Origin: Callorhinchus milii
Taxonomy: Eukaryota
DNA length: 64,000 nucleotides
Assembly (NCBI RefSeq): GCF_018977255.1
Contig: NW_024704743.1
Span: 98,768,001 to 98,832,000 of the forward strand
Reading direction: 5' to 3'
Under the pieces are notes generated by a model that was not told where the DNA came from, did not search any database, and was given only the letters and a program-made list of their open reading frames with translations. Below are positions 60,701 to 64,000 of this stretch, piece by piece. A program made the position numbers and the translations under genes. The first letter of the stretch is position 1. The number at the start of each line of letters is the position of its first letter.

Positions 60701-60785
60701 TCTTCAAAACATACCTGTTTTTTCCAGCCGTATCTCTTGATATTTGTTCTAGTTGGTATTGATAACCAGCCCTCCATCCTGGATT
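54797..60785 (-). CDS. ROCK1: Rho-associated protein kinase 1, 3' part only (split PH domain, C1 domain, C-terminus); the rest of the gene lies beyond the window end
   Basis: Exons 60785-60715 (SRMEGWLSIPTRTNIKRYGWKKQ), 59610-59522 (YVVVSSRKILFYNDE...VLDI), 58190-58112 (KLFHVRPVTQGDVYRAETEEIPRIFQ), 57435-57174 (ILYANEGE...HFPANCEACAKPLWH...CRRCHVKCHKDH), 56333-56117 (VNYDVTTAKD...QGKP) and 54800-54797 (C+TAA). Phases are consistent. ROCK1 rather than ROCK2 rests on the C-terminal sequence and the position next to USP14. Confidence 0.93.
58735..58898 (+). mobile_element. CR1-clade LINE 3' end (resembles the shark HER1/HE1 tail); related copy on - at about 51648-51850
   Basis: GATCAGCCATGATCTTATTAAATGG...GAGGGGCCGAATGGCCTACTCCTGCTCCTAT followed by (TTCTTATG)2. 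Confidence 0.75.
60497..60600. repeat. 30-bp minisatellite, about 3.5 diverged copies, in a ROCK1 intron
   Basis: Unit ACAGAGATGTATTTAATGAGACACTGATCT repeated with increasing divergence. Confidence 0.85.
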
Positions 60786-61405
60786 CTGATTTTGTTAAAA
60801 AAGAAAGTTAATATAAATAGTTGATTAATGATTTTGATTTTCTGAATAGCAATACTATTAGGGACGTCATACAGGACTATAGTACCAGCATTTTGGGAAT
60901 GGAAGTTAAACCAGTATCAAATCAAAGCTTCACCATGTACATGATAGGCATGGCAATTTGTGATCTCCCCTCTTAATTATTCCAACAATAAGTGCTAACC
61001 ACATGCATAGTCCATTTAAGCTTCAAATGAAAATAATGAAAACCATCCCAGAGAGGGCAACATTGTTATTAAGAAAATAATTCAGCATTCACTGGATTCT
61101 TGCTAGGAGAAGATAGTTAATAAAATCTTAAAGAGTTTTTTTTTGCAGTACAAAACCAGTAGCAATATCATGCACTAACAATACATTTTAAAAAGGAACG
61201 CCAAAGTTCACTCTAATTTTAAAAATTGTAAGTTTGTGAATGCGATCTAATCTATAAATTTACTAGTTTCCCTATTAAAAATGTGAGTGGTTGCCCTGGA
61301 AACTATTTTAACATTATTTTCTGTGACTTTTTTAAAATAAAATTCTGCTAAATTAATTTACTCAACCCCAAAAAGCATACGTTTTACATTTGCTTGAATA
61401 CATAA

Positions 61406-62877
61406 AAATAATCCTTGCATTTTGACATAGAGCTTTTCACGTCTTCTAGACAACAACAACAATAACAAGATTACATTTGTATAGCGCCTTTCAAGTCGGG
61501 AGGACGTCCCAAGGCTGGACAGAGTACAGCATTTCAGACCCAAGCTGGGGTTGGGGGGGGTAAGGATGGGAAGGGGGGTGGCTGATGGCATGGTCGAAGA
61601 GGAGGGTCTTGAGGCGGGACTTGAAGGAGGCTAAAGAGGGGGCAAGGTAGAGTGAGTGGGGGATGGAATTCTAGAGGTTGGGGGCAGAGTGGCTGAAGGC
61701 TCTCCCGCCAATGGTGGGGCGGGGGACGTGGATAAGGCCAGAGCCGGCTCAGGGAAGTGAACGGGCGGGTTGGTAGGGGGTTAGGATGTTGCAGAGGTAG
61801 GGTGGGGCGAGGCCATGGAGCACTTTGTAGGTGAGGACCAGGATCTTAAACTGGATCCTCTGAAGGATAGGGAGCCAATGGAGTCAAGCGAGAATGGGGG
61901 AGATGGGGTCATGGAGGTTGTTGCGGGAGAGGACACGGCCTGCAGAGTTCTGGATTATCTGCAGCCTGTGGAGGGAGGAGTTGGGAAGGCCGACAAGCAG
62001 GGCGTTTGCATAGTCGAGCCTGGAGGTGATGAAGGCATGAACAAGAGTTTCAGCGGCCTGAGAGGTGAGATAGTGGCAGAGTTGGGCAATGTTACGGAGG
62101 TGAGGGAAGGCAGAGCGGGTCATGGCGAAACCTTGGGCAAGTTTCCTTACTCCACACGCCTAATAATAATCCCTCCAAAACCAAAAACAATAATAAAAAT
62201 TGGTAATTTTCAATCTACGATTGTTTGGGCACATTGCTGTACGCAATTGGCTGCCGAGTTCGCCCACAAATATACAGTCAATTCACTTTACAGTGTTCTG
62301 TGAAGCGCTTTGGGACGTCCTCCCGACGTGAAAAGCGCTATATCAAATGCAAGGATTATTATTATTATTATGGAAGTTGATGTTGCCAGAGCCTGAGGTG
62401 CTGAGGCGGTGGCGCGAGCCAATCAGGAGGGCCTCAGTCTTGTTCACATTCAACTGTAGGAAATTTGCCCTCATCCAGGACTTGATGTCCGACAGACAGT
62501 CTGTCAGGACAGCAGTGGTCCTGGAGTTGAGGGTGTAGGCAGAAAGATAGAGTTGGGTGTCTGCGGATGATGTCACCAAGGGGGAGCATGTAGACATTAA
62601 AGAGGAGAGGGCCAAGGACAGAGCGTCTCAAAGCACTTCACAGAATATACTGTAAAGTGAATTGACTGTATATTTGTGGACGAAATTTGGCAGCCAATTG
62701 CGCACAGCAGTGTCCAACAAGCAGTCGTGGATTTAAGTGACTAATTTATAATTGTTGAGGGATTATTATCAGGCACGTGGAGTAAGGAAACTTGCCCAAG
62801 GTTTCACCCTGCCGGGAATCGAACCCAGGTCTCTCGCTTGCGAAGCAAGTGCTCTAACCATTGAGCTACAGGACTCC
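61406..62877 (-). mobile_element. Three-level nest: SINE(-) 62877-62624 plus 61450-61406, interrupted by L2(-) 62623-61451, itself interrupted by a 5'-truncated SINE(+) at about 62122-62371
   Basis: The outer SINE breaks at TTTGAGACG and resumes at TCTAGAAGACGTGAAAAG. L2 ORF2 motifs lie on both sides of the inner SINE. Confidence 0.9.
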
Positions 62878-64000
62878 TGTAAATTAAGGAGCAGTACTCT
62901 TGAGGAGTAAAATCAACTGATTTTATCGGAGGAAAAGATGCACTAGACCAGAAAAGATCAAATACAATATGAAAAGAGCACAAACAAATTGGAGGTGAAA
63001 GGACAAACAATCTTAACTCTGTTTTGGTTCTTCATACAGGAATAATAATCAACTTTAACCAGATCAAATAAATCAAACTAGTTAAACATTTCCTCTTCCA
63101 AATGTTGTTCCGCAACAGTTTGGAGGGTCACTTATTACCTTGGCCTATTTGCTACAGGTGGAATGAAATGTTCTGTTAAGATTCATTTGATCAAGATTTT
63201 CTTTTCATACAAACACTTTTGAATTATTCCACACTCAAAAGATGCAATACTCATTAGTGATCGGTACAAACATTTAGTTAAGCTAATTTGCAAGTCAGCA
63301 TTAAGGCCAAGCTCATGTTCTTATAGATTTACAGCTCTTTTAATAGCAAAGAAAAAACACTTTAAATCTCTCCTGTCGTACTTTAGCAAAACAATCATGT
63401 ACAATAACAGTCAATGTCATACTATAGGTTCACCAGCAACGTAAATATTATCTTTATCTCTCATATTGAAAGGAGGTAGCCTACCTTGAAGTTCCTGAAT
63501 TAGTACCATACAGTATTTTACAAGCCTAAAGATATTCAGTAAATGTTTACACCCCACAGTAGCACACCTCCTGTTTGCTAATCATGAAACTTTAAAAATG
63601 GCCATAGATTTTTTTAAAAAAGGAAATATGCATTAAATGTGTCACATGAATACGCGTTATAATCACCCTCTCTTTTCAAATGAAATCTTCAAATACCAAG
63701 ATTGTATTCTCAAAGAACAATACATTTATCGAAATGCGTTTACCTTCAAATACTACTTTAATCCTTACACTCATGTCTTCCAATACAGCTTTGAAATGTT
63801 CAGAATATTACTTTGGATTTAAACACCCATTTACAAATAAAATGTTCAGGCAAAAAAGCTGTAACATTTCAGTATCAAATAAGTTAAAAAAAAGTCACTT
63901 TAAAATGTACATTTGATACCATGCCAAGCTGCAATCAACATACTGGCCATCAATCCTATTAAGATTTGCTCATTTTAAAGTTTAAAAGACAGAATTCTTT

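Noticed and set aside
62880..64000. A further upstream ROCK1 exon
   Set aside because: I found no segment translating to the expected preceding ROCK1 sequence; the region appears intronic.

Overview
This is a eukaryotic (vertebrate) genomic window. The SINE/LINE families and compact introns point to a cartilaginous fish, possibly a chimaera; that assignment is an inference. It holds three spliced genes. THOC1 is complete on + (21 exons, CDS 2256-22261) with an apparent 1-nt frameshift in the last, death-domain exon. USP14 is complete on - (16 exons, CDS 48884-26069, 493 aa), convergent with THOC1, and contains one U12-type intron. The last six exons and 3'UTR of ROCK1 lie on -. The introns and intergenic DNA carry tRNA-derived SINEs, L2 and CR1 LINE fragments, a mariner relic, two TIR-bounded MITEs and a Penelope-type palindrome with a minimal hammerhead ribozyme core. 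Nearly all ORFs in the supplied track are spurious, repeat-derived or exon read-throughs. I see no clearly new multi-gene system. The best leads are the hammerhead-bearing hairpin in the USP14 pre-mRNA, two independent LINE insertions at the same spot in the SINE 3' stem-loop, the THOC1 frameshift, a candidate in-frame ROCK1 cassette exon and a cluster of miRNA sites in the ROCK1 3'UTR. All gene and repeat assignments come from manual reading and remembered homologues, not database searches.
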